A stretch of DNA of 64,000 bases from Hemiscyllium ocellatum (Eukaryota): assembly GCF_020745735.1 (NCBI RefSeq), contig NC_083433.1, forward strand, positions 22,889,363-22,953,362, written 5' to 3'. The notes beneath the pieces are model-generated. The model had not been told where the DNA came from and did no database searches. It saw only the letters and a program-made list of their open reading frames with translations. Below are positions 27,181-39,338 of this stretch, one piece after another. The position numbers were made by a program, and so were the translations under genes. The stretch's first letter is position 1, and every line of letters starts with the position of its first letter.

Positions 27181-27555
27181 GGAAATTTATTAACATTTGT
27201 CAAAAATGTTATTTTTGTTGCTTTTTATCCTCTACATGAATGTGATTTTTGGATTGTTGGAAGCTCACCAATTGTCTCCCACTACAAACTATGTTCACCA
27301 TTTGTGAGGTTTTCCAAGATTGTAACGTTCATGTAAATCCCTCTGTTATTCATGTAAACCGGTCACGGCCCTGGAGGGAATTCCACCCCCTCACCAATGC
27401 CAATAAAGAGATATCTTCTGAATTCCTGACTGGATTTATTAGTGACTATTTGATGTTTGCAATCCTGAATTTTGGTCTCCTTCTTTGGAAATGCTGGGAG
27501 GCCCACAGCAGTTGTACATGTCAACCACTAAAGTTCAATGCACCAATGTGACATT

Positions 27556-28995
27556 TTCACTGTCAATGGGGGTGGTGCCAGGGGACTGGAGAGTGGCAAA
27601 TGTTGTGCCCCTGTTCAAAAACAAAGGGAATAGGGATAACCCCAGGAATTACAGGCCAGTTAGTCTTACTTCAGTGGTAGGCAAAGTAATGGAAAGGGTA
27701 CTGAGGGATAGGATTTATGAGTATCTGGAAAGACACTGCTTGATTAGGGCCAGCCAGCACGGATTTGTGAGGGGGAGGTCTTGCCTTACAAGTCTTATTG
27801 AATTCTTTGAGGAGGTGACCAAGCATGTGGATGAGGGTAGAGCAGTGGATGTAGTGTACATAGATTTTAGTAAGGCATTTGATAAGGTTCCCCATGATAG
27901 GCTTATGCGGGAAGTCAGAAGACATGGGATAGTGGGAAGTTTGGCCAGTTGGATAGAGAACTGGCTAACCGGTCGAAGTCAGAGAGTGGTGGTAGATGGT
28001 AAATATTCAGCCTGGAGCCCAGTTACAAGTGAAGTTCCACAGGGATCAGTTCTGGGTCCTCTGCTGTTTGTAATTTTTATTAATGACTTGGAAGAGGGAG
28101 TCGAAGGGTGGGTCAGTAAATTTGCAGACGATACAAAGATTGGTGGAGTTGTGGATAGTGAGGAGGGCTATTGTCGGCTGCAAAGGGACTTAGATATGTG
28201 CAGAGCTGGGCTGAGGAGTGGCAGATGGAGTTAAACCCTGTCAAGTGTGAGGTTGTCCATTTTGGAAGGACAAATAAGAATGCAGAATAGAGGGTTAACG
28301 GTAGGGTTCTTAGTAAGGTGGAGGAGCAGAGGGATCTCGGGGTCTATGTTCATAGACCTTTGAAAGTTGCCACTCAGGTGGATAGAGCTTGTAAGAAGGC
28401 CTATGGTGTATTATCGTTCATTAGCAGAGGGAGTGAATTCAAGAGTCGTGAGGTGATGTTGCAGCTGTATAGGACTTTGGTTAGGCCACATTTGGAGTAC
28501 TGTGTGTAATTCTGGTCGCCTTATTTTAGGAAAGATGTGGAAGTTTTGGAGAGGGTGCAGAGGAGATTTACCAGGATGTTGCCTGGAATGGAGAATAGGT
28601 CGTACAAGGATAGGTTGAGAGTGCTAGGCCTTTTCTCATTGTAACGGCGAAGGATGAGGGGTGACTTGATAGAGGTTTATAAGATGATCAGGGCAATAGA
28701 TAGAGTAGACAGTCAGAGACTTTTTTCCCGGGTACAACAGTGTGTTTACAAGGGGACATAAATTTAAGGTGAAGGGTGGAAGGTATGGGGGGGGGATGTC
28801 AGGGGTAGATTCTTTACCCAGAAAGTGGTGAGGGCATGGAATGCGCTGCCTGTGGGAGTGGCAGAGTCAGAATCATTGGTGACCTTTAAGCAGCAATTGG
28901 ATAGATACATGGATAGGTGCTAAAGCTAGGACAAATGTTCGGCACAACATCGTGGGCCGAAGGGCCTGTTCTGTGCTGTATTGTTCTATGTTCTA
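27556..28995 (+). mobile_element. 5'-truncated CR1 LINE with 7-bp TSD (TGACATT)
   Basis: RT motifs [23 protein letters not shown] and FADD with a frameshift and stops; tail (ttctatg)n; TGACATT at 27549-27555 and 28996-29002. Confidence 0.92.
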
Positions 28996-29077
28996 TGACA
29001 TTCCTGTTAGACCAGCAAGTGGTTCCAGCAGATATATATCAGCCACAGGTTCCATGCCAACCCACTGTCCTGCTCAC

Positions 29078-29176
29078 CTGCACCAGTCTCTTCAGATGTG
29101 CGTTTTGCTGGACCAGTCGGGTCTTATCTTCCTCCAAAGCAAAGATATACTCAGCAGTCTGCTGAAGGATTGCTGC
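29078..29176 (-). CDS. TFAP4: TFAP4-like exon 3 (helix 2, leucine zipper 1)
   Basis: AAILQQTAEYIFALEEDKTRLVQQNAHLKRLVQ; AG/GTGAG boundaries; 99 nt, phase 0. Confidence 0.95.
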
Positions 29177-29711
29177 CTGTCGAGAGAGAGAGACATAAGA
29201 ATCAATCACTTTCCAGAATTCATTTTCTGTATGTTTTTTCAGTCAATCAGTCTGGTCATGTTATGCCATCACTCCCTGAAGTGGGACTTGAATCAGTATC
29301 GTCTACCCCAGAGGTAGGGACGCTACCGCTGTGCCACAAGATCCCAAAAAGTTAATTGTGCGCTGTGTTCTACAACAATCTATATGACACAATAACATCA
29401 GGGAAGGGTTAGGGCAGGCAGATCAATAGACAAAGAGGCCATTTTGAAGAAGAGTCACAAAGGAAGATAAGGGAGAGTTATAGAAAGGTAGAGAGGTTTC
29501 AGGAGGAAATAATAGCTGAAGGCATGGTCGCCAAAACGCCTGATCCAGATGCCAGGATTGGGGAGCCGCATTTCCACGATATATACATGAACCACAATGT
29601 CAAAGCCCTCTGGGAAGGACGGGTAAGGAGACTAGCTCTCCTGTTTCATTCTTTAAGAAATAGTAACAAGAATAGGCCATTCAGCCCCTCCAGCCAGCTC
29701 CACCATTTAAT

Positions 29712-30053
29712 AGAATCATAGAATCCCTACAGTGTGGAAACAGGTCATTTGGCCCAACAAGTCCACACCGAACCTCCGAAGAGTAACCAACCCAAACCCA
29801 TTCCCCTACCCCATTGCTCTACATTTCCCCTGATTAATGCACTTAGCCTACACATCCCTGAACACTATGAGCAATTGAGCATGGCCAATCCACCTAATCT
29901 GCACATCTTTGGACCGTGGGAGGAAACCAGAGCACCCAGAGGAAATCTACACAGACACAAGGAGAATGTCTGTGTGGAGTTTGCACACAGTCTCCGGAGA
30001 CTGGAATCAAACCTGGGTCCCTGGCGCTGTGAGGCAGCAGTGCTAACCACTGG
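29712..30053 (-). mobile_element. HE1-like V-SINE
   Basis: V-domain and tRNA head on the - strand. Confidence 0.85.
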
Positions 30054-30076
30054 CTGATCTGACATTCCTTGCATCA

Positions 30077-30280
30077 TTAAAAATCACACAACACCAGGTT
30101 ATAGTTCAACAGGTTTATTTGGAAGCACTAGCTTTTGGAGCGACGCTCCTTCATCAGATAGCTGGAAGGTGCAGCACTCTGAAAGCTAGTGTGCTTCCAA
30201 CTAAACCTGTTGGACTATAACCTGGTGTGTGATTTGTAACTGTGTCCATCCCAGTCCAACACCGGCTCCTCCACATCATT
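30077..30280. mobile_element. Penelope-derived palindromic repeat (family B)
   Basis: aaatcacacaacaccaggttatagt..aacaggtt / aacctgttggactataacctggtgtgtgattt; hammerhead core with GAAA changed to AAAA. Confidence 0.75.
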
Positions 30281-30780
30281 CCTTACGTTCACATTCCTGC
30301 CCTTTCCCTGTAGCCCTCCACTTTCTGACTGATTAAGAACCCATCCCTTAAGTATATATGATTCTGCCTCCCCCACTAAGCCAATCAGCTCCTGAACCTC
30401 ATCCTTGTGAACTGGTTTGGGAATGGAATGAACAGAGCTCACAATAAGGGGAGATGCAGAGAATCCTGGTGCTGTAGGAGATTAGTCAACACCATTAGGC
30501 TGATTGATCGTGGGAGCATCACAGTTAGTGGTGAGCAGAGGTAGGAACAGGATGGAGGGGGGTGCGAGGCAGAAAGCTGAAAACGTGAGCCAAAAGAAAA
30601 GTCTCAAAATAAGCTGTGCAAGTGTAGTTCAAGTCTTTAAAACAAAAGGAACGTGTTGCGTAAAGTTCCAATTAAAAAATATAACAGGCAGGAAAAGCTT
30701 TTTGTTTGCCAGGCGCCTGGCTGTTTGCTCAGGACAATGGAAGGAAGGAAGGAAGATGGATCCTGCAGGTGTGAACAGAC

Positions 30781-30946
30781 CTTGCTGAGCTTCTCTCCGT
30801 CTGTGTGAGGCAGCAGCACTTTGAGTGATTGGAAGCCAGCGTTGATGCTCTGCATGCGTCGGCGCTCATTACTGTTGGCAATTTCCCTGCGGATCCGCCG
30901 GTCATGATCCCGCTGGCTCTCCGGCGTCAACGCAATGTTCGACAGG
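30781..30946 (-). CDS. TFAP4: TFAP4-like exon 2 (basic region, helix 1, loop)
   Basis: (TC)n polypyrimidine tract with CAG acceptor; LSNIALTPESQRDHDRRIRREIANSNERRRMQSINAGFQSLKVLLPHTDGEKLSK; GT donor at 30780. Confidence 0.96.
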
Positions 30947-31262
30947 CTGCAGTGAAGGACAGAGAGAGGGAGAGAGAGAGAGAGAGACAACAGGAACTGA
31001 GACCATCAAATCAAATCAAATCCAAATCCCACACATTCCGGAGATCTCAAATTTTAACAAAACACAGAAACCGCTGGAGAAACTCAACGAGGTCTGGCAA
31101 CTTCTGTGGAGAGAACAAAACAGTTCATATGATGAAGATCTGAAACAAAATTTTAAATTACTGGAGAACCTCAGGAAGGTCACTGGACTCAATTTCTCTT
31201 TCTCTTTCTCTCTACACAGACTTGGAGGTGCCGGTGTCGGACTGAGGTGGACAATGTTAAAA

Positions 31263-31585
31263 ATTGTTCTGCAGAAGTTATATTAAGGTTCCAGACATGA
31301 ACTCTGGAGAATCTGAGCAGGAAGGCAGCATCTGTGGAGAGAGTTAAAAATCCCACAACACCAGGTTATTGTCCAACAGGTTTATTTGGAAGCACTAGCT
31401 TTCGGAGCGCTGCTCCTTCATCAGGTGGTTGTGAGCAACGCTCCGAAAGCTAGTGCTTCCAAATAAACCTGTTGGACTATAATCTGACATTGTGGGATTT
31501 TTAACTCTCTCCACAGATGCTGCCTTCCTGCTCAGATTCTCCAGAGTTCATGTCTGGAACCTTAATATAACTTCTGCAGAACAAT
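31263..31585. repeat. 323-bp near-perfect inverted repeat centred on a family-B element
   Basis: Arms run from attgttctgcagaagttatattaagg... to ...ccttaatataacttctgcagaacaat around a spacer of under 20 nt. Confidence 0.92.
31393..31427 (-). ncRNA. Minimal hammerhead ribozyme motif (PLE-type, family B)
   Basis: CAC-CUGAUGA-A-GGAGC-AGC-GCUCC-GAAA-GC-UA-GUG: intact catalytic core, helices I and II, palindromic AGCU helix III. Confidence 0.7.
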
Positions 31586-31627
31586 AAAAATTAAATTCCA
31601 AACAAGCAGCAACATTGAGTCCAAACA

Positions 31628-31915
31628 TGGGATGCCACAGTGGTTAGCACTGCTGCCTCACAGCACCAGGGACCCAGGCTGAATTCCAGCCTCAGGCAAC
31701 TGTCTGTGTGGAGTTTGCACATTCTCTCTGTGTCAATGTGGGTTTGCTCTGGGTGATCCAGTTTCCTCCTACAGTCCAAAGATGTGCGTGTTAGGTGGAT
31801 TAGCAGTAGGAAATGCAGGTGTAGCAGGGTAGGGTCTAGACGGAAAGTTCTTCAGAAAGTTGGTGTGGGACCTGATGGGCCGAATGGTCTGCTTCCACAC
31901 TGTAGGGATCCTATG
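31628..31915 (+). mobile_element. HE1-like V-SINE
   Basis: cagtggttagcactgctgcctcacagc head and V-domain. Confidence 0.85.
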
Positions 31916-33111
31916 CTTCAGTCTAAGTTTATATCCTGTGTCGTTAGGTCCCTAACTTAAATCAGACAAATATTCTGATTTTAGGGGTCAGTTCTTTTAG
32001 AGACAGAATTGTAATGAATATGCAGATGAGTCTCTGAGGTAAGCTGTGATGTAACTGTGACATCAGTGGTCATGTGCTAGGACTGTGGCAAGAGGTTGGA
32101 ACCAGGAGAGCTGGGAGTGTGCTGTTCTGTTGCCTTACTGTTGTGTAAACTCTTAACAGGTTTTTAAAAGAAACTCAGAAGTCAGGCCTGAGCTTGCATG
32201 AAGATCTGAAAACCCCTGAATGAAACTTAGAGTGGGAGGCAGTCTCAAAGTGGTAATGTCACTTGAACTAGTAATTCAGAACTCCAGGCCAAAGTTCCTG
32301 CTGTGGCAAATAGGGACATTGGATTCAAAAAAACTAAAAAAATTGGGATAAAGAACTACACTGTGTCAACATTTATCATTGTAAAAACACATTTGGCTCA
32401 CTTAAGTCCTTCAGAGAAGAAAATCTGCTATCTTTACCTGGTCTGGCCTACATATGACTCCAGACCCACAACAATGGGGTTGAACATATTTTTTAATCAA
32501 CCCACTCAGATGTTTTGACATACCTCTGGAGCAGGTGGAACTTGAACCTAGGTCTCCTGGGCCAGGGGTAGGGGCAGTACCACAAGTGCCCTACCAATAT
32601 AGTTGATTCTCTAGGCAAATTAGGGATAGGCAATAAGTGCTGGCTGAGCCAGTAACATCCTTGAACAAATTTATATAAAAAAAAACAACAGCTAGTAGAA
32701 GATTCAGCACAGCTGCAGGCCTACGCTCAGCTTTCCTCTCCTCTGGAGTTCCACCAGTTTGAGGTGTTGTCACAATCAGCTCAGATCTAAAGGAGGATAC
32801 TGAGCACGATCTTTGTGTGAGTCACTTTTGAGGACAAGTACTTGCTCTTTCTTCACAGATAATAGTTGGCACAGAATGGCCTTTAGACAGGGTTTCCCTT
32901 AACCCAGGGTCAACAGTCGAACAATCAATTCCACCACACCCACAATCTCACTACCCCCAATCTACCCACGGTGACCAATTTGCCAGATTCTGCAATATTG
33001 TCACCAGATTCTCACTGAATCCTGGTCTCTCACTGCACTTAAAATCTGAATCTGACAGGATCTGGAATCCTGTCTCGTGGTAGCGCAAATGGGTGGGTGG
33101 GGTGGAAAGTG

Positions 33112-33705
33112 TGTTATGGACCAGACCAAAACCTCTCAAAATATATTGAGATGATAGTCTGGACCCTATCTTTTTCTTATTTTAAACATAAGCGTAAGAT
33201 GGTGCGTTCCAGCTGCAATTTAATTGGTCACGGTATTCGACTTTAAGCAAAACACACTTTATTTTTACACTACAGTTAAAAGAGACAAGATAAAAATAAA
33301 GAAAGAAATTGGCTTAACTGCAACTCTATCAAAATGATAATATATTAACTACTACTAGTTAACTGTTCCAAAATTGTGTGTCAGATAGACACACCCTTGG
33401 CAAGTGCAAATTCAGCAAAATAGATTGTCTCACGTACAATTCTAGCAGGAAGGAGAGAACTCCAGATTTTAGCTTCAAGACCCCAACAACTGCTACTGAA
33501 AGCTAAACTAAAAATATCCTGGTTCTGTGGGAGCTTGAGCCCACCCATTCAGGCTGCTTTTATTGTTCCAAATTTAAAATGAAAACCCCAAGACCTCACA
33601 AGCTGTTTACTTCATTGGTGTTGGAGCAAACTGCCTGGTATCTCTGTCTCATTATTTCTTCATTTTAGAAAAAAAGGACAAAATACACCTCTTCAAGCCA
33701 TAGTA
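33112..33705 (-). mobile_element. Solo LTR, same family as 56162-56816, one end eroded
   Basis: Starts tgttatggaccagacc (reverse complement of the 56816 end); ends aaaatacacctctt.aagcca. Confidence 0.7.
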
Positions 33706-34699
33706 GAGAGAATAAAAAAGTAAATACTTGTAGAATGAACTAGTTGGGCTGAGTAGCCTGAATCAGTTGCTGTATTCCACATAATCTGCCCTTCTTGAAT
33801 ACTGCAACTCTGGGGCTAAGCAGACAGTCACAGACTGGTCAGTGAGTGGTAGAGGACGGGTTGGGGGCAATATTAGGTTTAGAGCATTGAACACTGATGA
33901 ATGTATAGGGTGTTGAACAAGAAAGAGATCATGTGATGGTTAACATCCAATCTTCTGCAAGTTACCGATGGCGATTTTTAAAAAATAAATAATTTAATTC
34001 AGTGATGGCACTGTACCTTGGCTGTTTGTCACAGTCCTCGGCAGCGCATTTTGAAACAAAAATTAGACCAGCCCCAAGTTGTTTATCAGAGTGCGGAGAT
34101 ATGTTGCTCACAGGGGCCTCTGTCTCACAGCTGGCTTCAGGCCAGATTTCACTTCTTGGACACAGTCCAATCTTCGGAAAGGCAGCCAAAGTCTCGAATG
34201 GCAAACGGAACATCCGGCCCAGGTGATTGCAGTGAAATGAACAAACAGTCGCAGCAGACACACGCTGCCTGGCCCCAGGACCAGGCTTTTAACAGCAACA
34301 CTGTCCGACCCAGAGCTCCCAAAATACCATGCTGTACATCTCTGACTGTATAATACTAAACTCACCCTCCCCCCTCACTATCAACTGGAATATTCCTACC
34401 AAAGTCAGCTCTGTGATCACAAAACGCCAAGCTTTAAGAGTCGAAGTGATGTTGTTAAAAAAGCTTCTTCTGGCACCTCAAGAATCGAGGTTGTTTTTCT
34501 AAACTTTGCTGTAAAATCGGCTTCCCTTCTTTGAGAAGCATACCCCACCCGTGCTCAGTAGCAGTTCCACCGAGTGGGGCTGCCACCGGGCCAGTGAATC
34601 CGAATCTTGGGAAAGGCCATTCAGCCCCTCCGAGCTGACCAACTATTCTATTCGATTTATACCGGAGGGTCATTCCTAGCCCCTTGCCTTGATTGGAGA

Positions 34700-35120
34700 A
34701 AGTGAGGACTGCAGATGCTGGAGATCAGAGTCAAGGGTGTGGTGCTGGAAAAGCACAGCAGGTCACAGGAGCAGAAGTGTCAACGTTTTGAGTGTGCACG
34801 CTTCAACAGGAATGTGGGGGTGGCCAAGGGGGCTGAGAGATAAATGGGGTGTAGGGTGGGGCTGGGGGAAAGAGAGATAGCTGGGAATGCAATGGGTAGA
34901 TGAAGGTGGGGGGGGGTGATAGTTATTGGTTGGATAGGGGGGTGGAATGGCTCGATGGACAGGTAGTTGGAAGGTTGGATTCGCCTCCCCCCCCCTCATC
35001 ATTTATCTCTCAGTCCCTTGGGCCACCCCTTCATTCCTAATGAACAGCTCATGCTCAATGTTAACTCTCCTGCTCCTTGGATGCTGCCTGACCGGCTGTG
35101 CTTTTCCAGCACCACACTCC
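34700..35120. mobile_element. Penelope-derived inverted repeat (family A)
   Basis: gtgaggactgcagatgctggagatcagagtc arm and an inverted arm ending ttccagcaccacact. Confidence 0.7.
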
Positions 35121-35453
35121 TGGTCTTGATGGCGTATGAAAGCAACAACCTAACATTCTCTGTCTTGAAAGGTTCAACAAACCGTGGCTTTTGGAGGGTG
35201 TATGTGTGTGTGCATGAGTCCCACAGCGCCATCTCCAATTTCTCTCCCAAACAACCTCTCTCTTCATCATCCCTTGACTCAACCATCAAAGGAAACATTC
35301 CGCTCTATTAGGGCCTATCAAACCTTTCAATCCACAATCAGCTTCGCCAGAATTCTTACATCAAGGGGACTGGCACAAGGTTGACTCAACTGCCCTCCTA
35401 ACTTAACCCTTTAAACTCTGCTATCAAAGAACAAAGAAAATTTACAGCCCAGG

Positions 35454-36026
35454 TGAGGATCTAAAATTGGAATTTAGGTAACAAAATATGTAGATTTTTA
35501 TTTCAACAAAATGGTTTCTCGATTTAAAAGGATACTACAAAATGGCCTGTAAACCATACTGCTGAACATACTGCTGTTTTGCAGAATTAACTTGCAGGTC
35601 AAAGATAAGAGGACAATAGAGTTTTCAGAAGATGAATACTGACACATTAATTGACCATTTGAACTAACCTTGAACTAATACATGGCATGACAATTTACGT
35701 AAATTAGATATCCTTTTTAAAGAAAATATCATTGGATTAACTTGCTGTAAATCATGTCACCTTATTATATGCGATTGGTCTTTCTTTTAATTAAGGCTGT
35801 ACTATTTCTTAAAAAACATATAAATAATGTGTAATTTTCAAATGTAATTGCGACACTTCATCACGGAACACAGAAGCTTCAATCTCTGTGTTCTGGATAG
35901 AATTGCGTCAAGGTACCTTCATTCAATAAAAACTAATGAACCTTGCTTTTTGAATAAACCACATTTGTCGATTCCTTTGACCGGTCTCTAACCAAGAAGC
36001 CCCTCTTGAGGGGACGCAGGTCTTCA
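35454..36026 (+). mobile_element. Solo LTR (573 bp) with CAGG TSD, inserted in a CR1 tail
   Basis: TGAGGATC...GGTCTTCA termini; CAGG at 35450-35453 and 36027-36030; TATAAA at 35819; AATAAA near 35925 and 35953. Confidence 0.85.
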
Positions 36027-37797
36027 CAGGAACAGGCCCTTCAGCCCTCTAAGCCTGAGCTGATCCAAATCCACTATCTAAACCTATCGCCTAATTCGTA
36101 AGCATCTGTTGTAATGAATTTGTGCTTCACTGTTGCCCCTCACTTGATCACCCTCCAACCCTCTTGGAGTTCACTGCTATAACCAGAATATGGTCAGGAT
36201 CAATAACTAACTGATTGCAATCACAGAGGAACATTACATGCCCTAAATAATCTCTGTGGATAAAATCTCTTGGCAATGGCTATATGGACAGGAAGAGTTG
36301 AGGCAGATATGGGCCAAGTGCTGGCAAATTGGACTAGTTTAGTTTAGGATATCTGATCAGCATGGACAAGTTGGACGGAAAGATATTTCCGTGCTGTACA
36401 TCTCTGACTCTGAATATTTAGGTTTATGCAAGGAAATAGCCACACACTGGGTACCAAAAAGCATCTGTGGGACAACTGCACAGAATGGCTCACCTTGTTT
36501 TGGAATAGGGAGGGGGAGGTTAGAATGAGAAAATTCCCTCGTGTAGCAAAGCCCTTTCAAATCCCTCCCAATCTAATTTGTTACAAAGTTTTTTTTTCAA
36601 CATTTGGAAATCATCCAGAGATTCAGAGCTGCAGACAGATTAAAGGTTATTGCTAAAACAGCCAAAGGTGACTAACGTTAAATGAGCAACTTTCAAAAGG
36701 GAAATTGGATGTAAACACCTAGAGGAAGGAATTACAAGGATATGGGGAAAAGAGCAGAGGAGATACCAATTGGAGAACTCTTTCAGAGAGCCGACACAGA
36801 CACAGTGGGCTGAATTGCCTCCTTCAGTGCTAGACAATCTACGAGGGAAGAAAGGACTTTCATTGAAATGGTGCTTTTCACAACTGCCAGAGGTCTCAAA
36901 GTGCTTTAATATCAATGAAGTTCTATTTGGAAGAGCAGTCACTGTTCAAGTCTAGGATATGAAACAAGTCATGCGTGTTTAACAAATTCCCACAAACAGG
37001 AAAGTGATTAGAAAGATTGATTATCCGGTCTTTGTGATATTGATTCAGGAATAAATATTGCCTAGGACACCGGGGAGATGGCCCTGGAGTACAGTGGGAC
37101 CTCTTAGTTCCAAGTTCACCTGAAGGTCAGTAAATTTCTTTCATAAATACAACCAAAGGAAGCCAGTCAGCCCTTTCTTTGTGTCTTCTCTCTGTAAGAC
37201 AGTTCACCCAAAGCAATTACCCCCTGTCCTTTCCCATAGCTGCACTAAACGTCCCTTTTCAAAAACTGATCCAATTCCCTTTTGAATGCTTCAACTGAGT
37301 CTACCTTGAATTGGTCCCCACCAGCTTCAAGGAGACCATCATCATTCTGGTGCCAAAGAAAAATCATGCAGCATGCCTCAATGACTATCACTTGCTGGCT
37401 CTGAACTCCATAATTATGAAGTGCTATGAGAAGTTTGTCATGGCTTACATCAACTCCAGCCTACCAAATCGTCATGATCCTTTGCTATTTGCCTACTGAT
37501 GCAACAGGTCCACAGAAGACACTATCTCCCTGCCCCTACACTTATCCCTAGAACACCTGGATAACAAGGGATATCAACCTCAGGCTCTTACTGACTGCAG
37601 CTCAGCCTTCAATACCCTTTTTCAAACAAAGTCATCTTTAAACTCCGAAGTCTCAGCTCCCCGCACTCTGTAACTGGATTCTCAACATCCTGACCTATAC
37701 ATGCATTCAGTAGGTAACAGTACATCCTCCAATGTAATCCTCAAGACTGGTGTCCTGCAAGGCTTCATCCTCAGCCCCTTACTGTACACCTTATATA

Positions 37798-39338
37798 CAG
37801 AGTGTGGAAAATGTGTGTAAGTGTGGATTCTGCAGAAGTCACATACGCAGAAGTGATAAGACTCAATGTTGCTTCAGCAGAAGTCATAAGATTCAGCTAT
37901 GGGGGGGGGGGGGGCGGGTAACAGGGGTGCACACTAACAACAGGCCACAGATGGATGTGGTAAACCGATTAGATTAGCAGCTGCACAGAGCAACTGCAAC
38001 TGTCACATATGAGATAAAAGGGGAAGTACTGAGAGTGTATAAAAATGTACTGAAATTGTTCAGGGGTGTGCCTACTTTTGGACACCCAGTCTTGCAAGAA
38101 CGTATGAATAAAGACTGCTTTGGAATTTGATTCGGACTAAGATTATTTGGCAGTGAGCTTCGTTTCTCACAAGAGGAAACTCGATTATCCAAACGAAATG
38201 GGCAGGCACTACTTCATTTGGATAATTGATTATTCGGATAATTGATTTTACCTTAAACAAGGGAAGACATGCTGATCTAACATTATGCTCTACCAGAGAA
38301 TTTATTTATATCTACAATTTTAATGTATTGAGTGCAAGACGATACAGATTTCATATGATGAACTAAATAAAGCATTGATAACACGAGAAACCTTATTAAA
38401 AATGCAGCAGTAGTTTCCATTGCAAGGAGTGATGAGGACAGCATTAAACAAGGTCCCAAACAGCTTTTATGATCGCAAGAGCATTCGTCAGTTTCCAGTC
38501 TCACGAAAGAAAGACATGACGCACTGCCTCACACGTGCATTTACATTCTCCGCCATAAAGTGACAGGAATACCTTGTACTGTAAAACACTCACTTTTGCA
38601 AAGGGCTGTGTAACATCCCTTATCTAAAAAAAAATCCAGTCGCTGATGCATGAGCTGCTTGTGTTACTTTGTTTCTGCCAGCATTTTCACATGTTCTTCA
38701 GTACAGGTAATCCAAATTCATTTACCTCTTTTGAGAATGTGGAGGGGGAATGAGCAGGCAGGGAAAGAGTTAAATTCTGAGTTTTGTGAAACAAGAGGTT
38801 CAGTTGAACATGACTCAGATCAGATAAGAACTTACAGTTAACAATGAGGTGCTGGAGGCAAGGGTAATGGGTTAACAAGGTGGAAAAGCATTCATTATGT
38901 ACAGCCATTTAACAAGATGAGCATTCAGTATGTAAAGTCAGTTGACAAGGTGAAAAGTGTTCAATATATGAGCCAGTTATTCATTGTATAATGCCAGATC
39001 GCTTAATCTCTACTATTGATACTCGCTGATTGTAATAGCCACCCAATCAATATGTATGTTGCCTTATCTCATGCTCCTCCCTGTAAAGTGACTACATAAT
39101 TCACTACGAAACAGCTGTTCGAGAAAAGACTGAGAACTCATGTCTCTGTGCATATGGGCAATCATTCTCTCTCCCTCCACAGCCCAGAATAAAGATGAAG
39201 GAAGTAAAACCATTCCATGTCTCTGAGCATTTTGCTTCGACTGAGGTGGGAACGGGACGACACTTTAACATCACTTTTTTTGTGGGACCATGAAACCTTC
39301 TTCAGACAATTGAAATTCGGATAATCAAGGTTCCTCTG
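37798..39338. mobile_element. Tigger/pogo-like non-autonomous DNA transposon, TA TSD
   Basis: TA|CAGAG[LTR]GAAACTCGATTATCC ... GGATAATCAAGGTTCCTCTG|TA; TIR related to the 26572 MITE. Confidence 0.8.
37803..38171 (+). mobile_element. Solo LTR (369 bp) with AGAG TSD inside the Tigger TIR
   Basis: TGTGGAAAA...TTTCTCACA termini; AGAG at 37799-37802 and 38172-38175; TATAAA near 38038, AATAAA near 38107. Confidence 0.85.
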
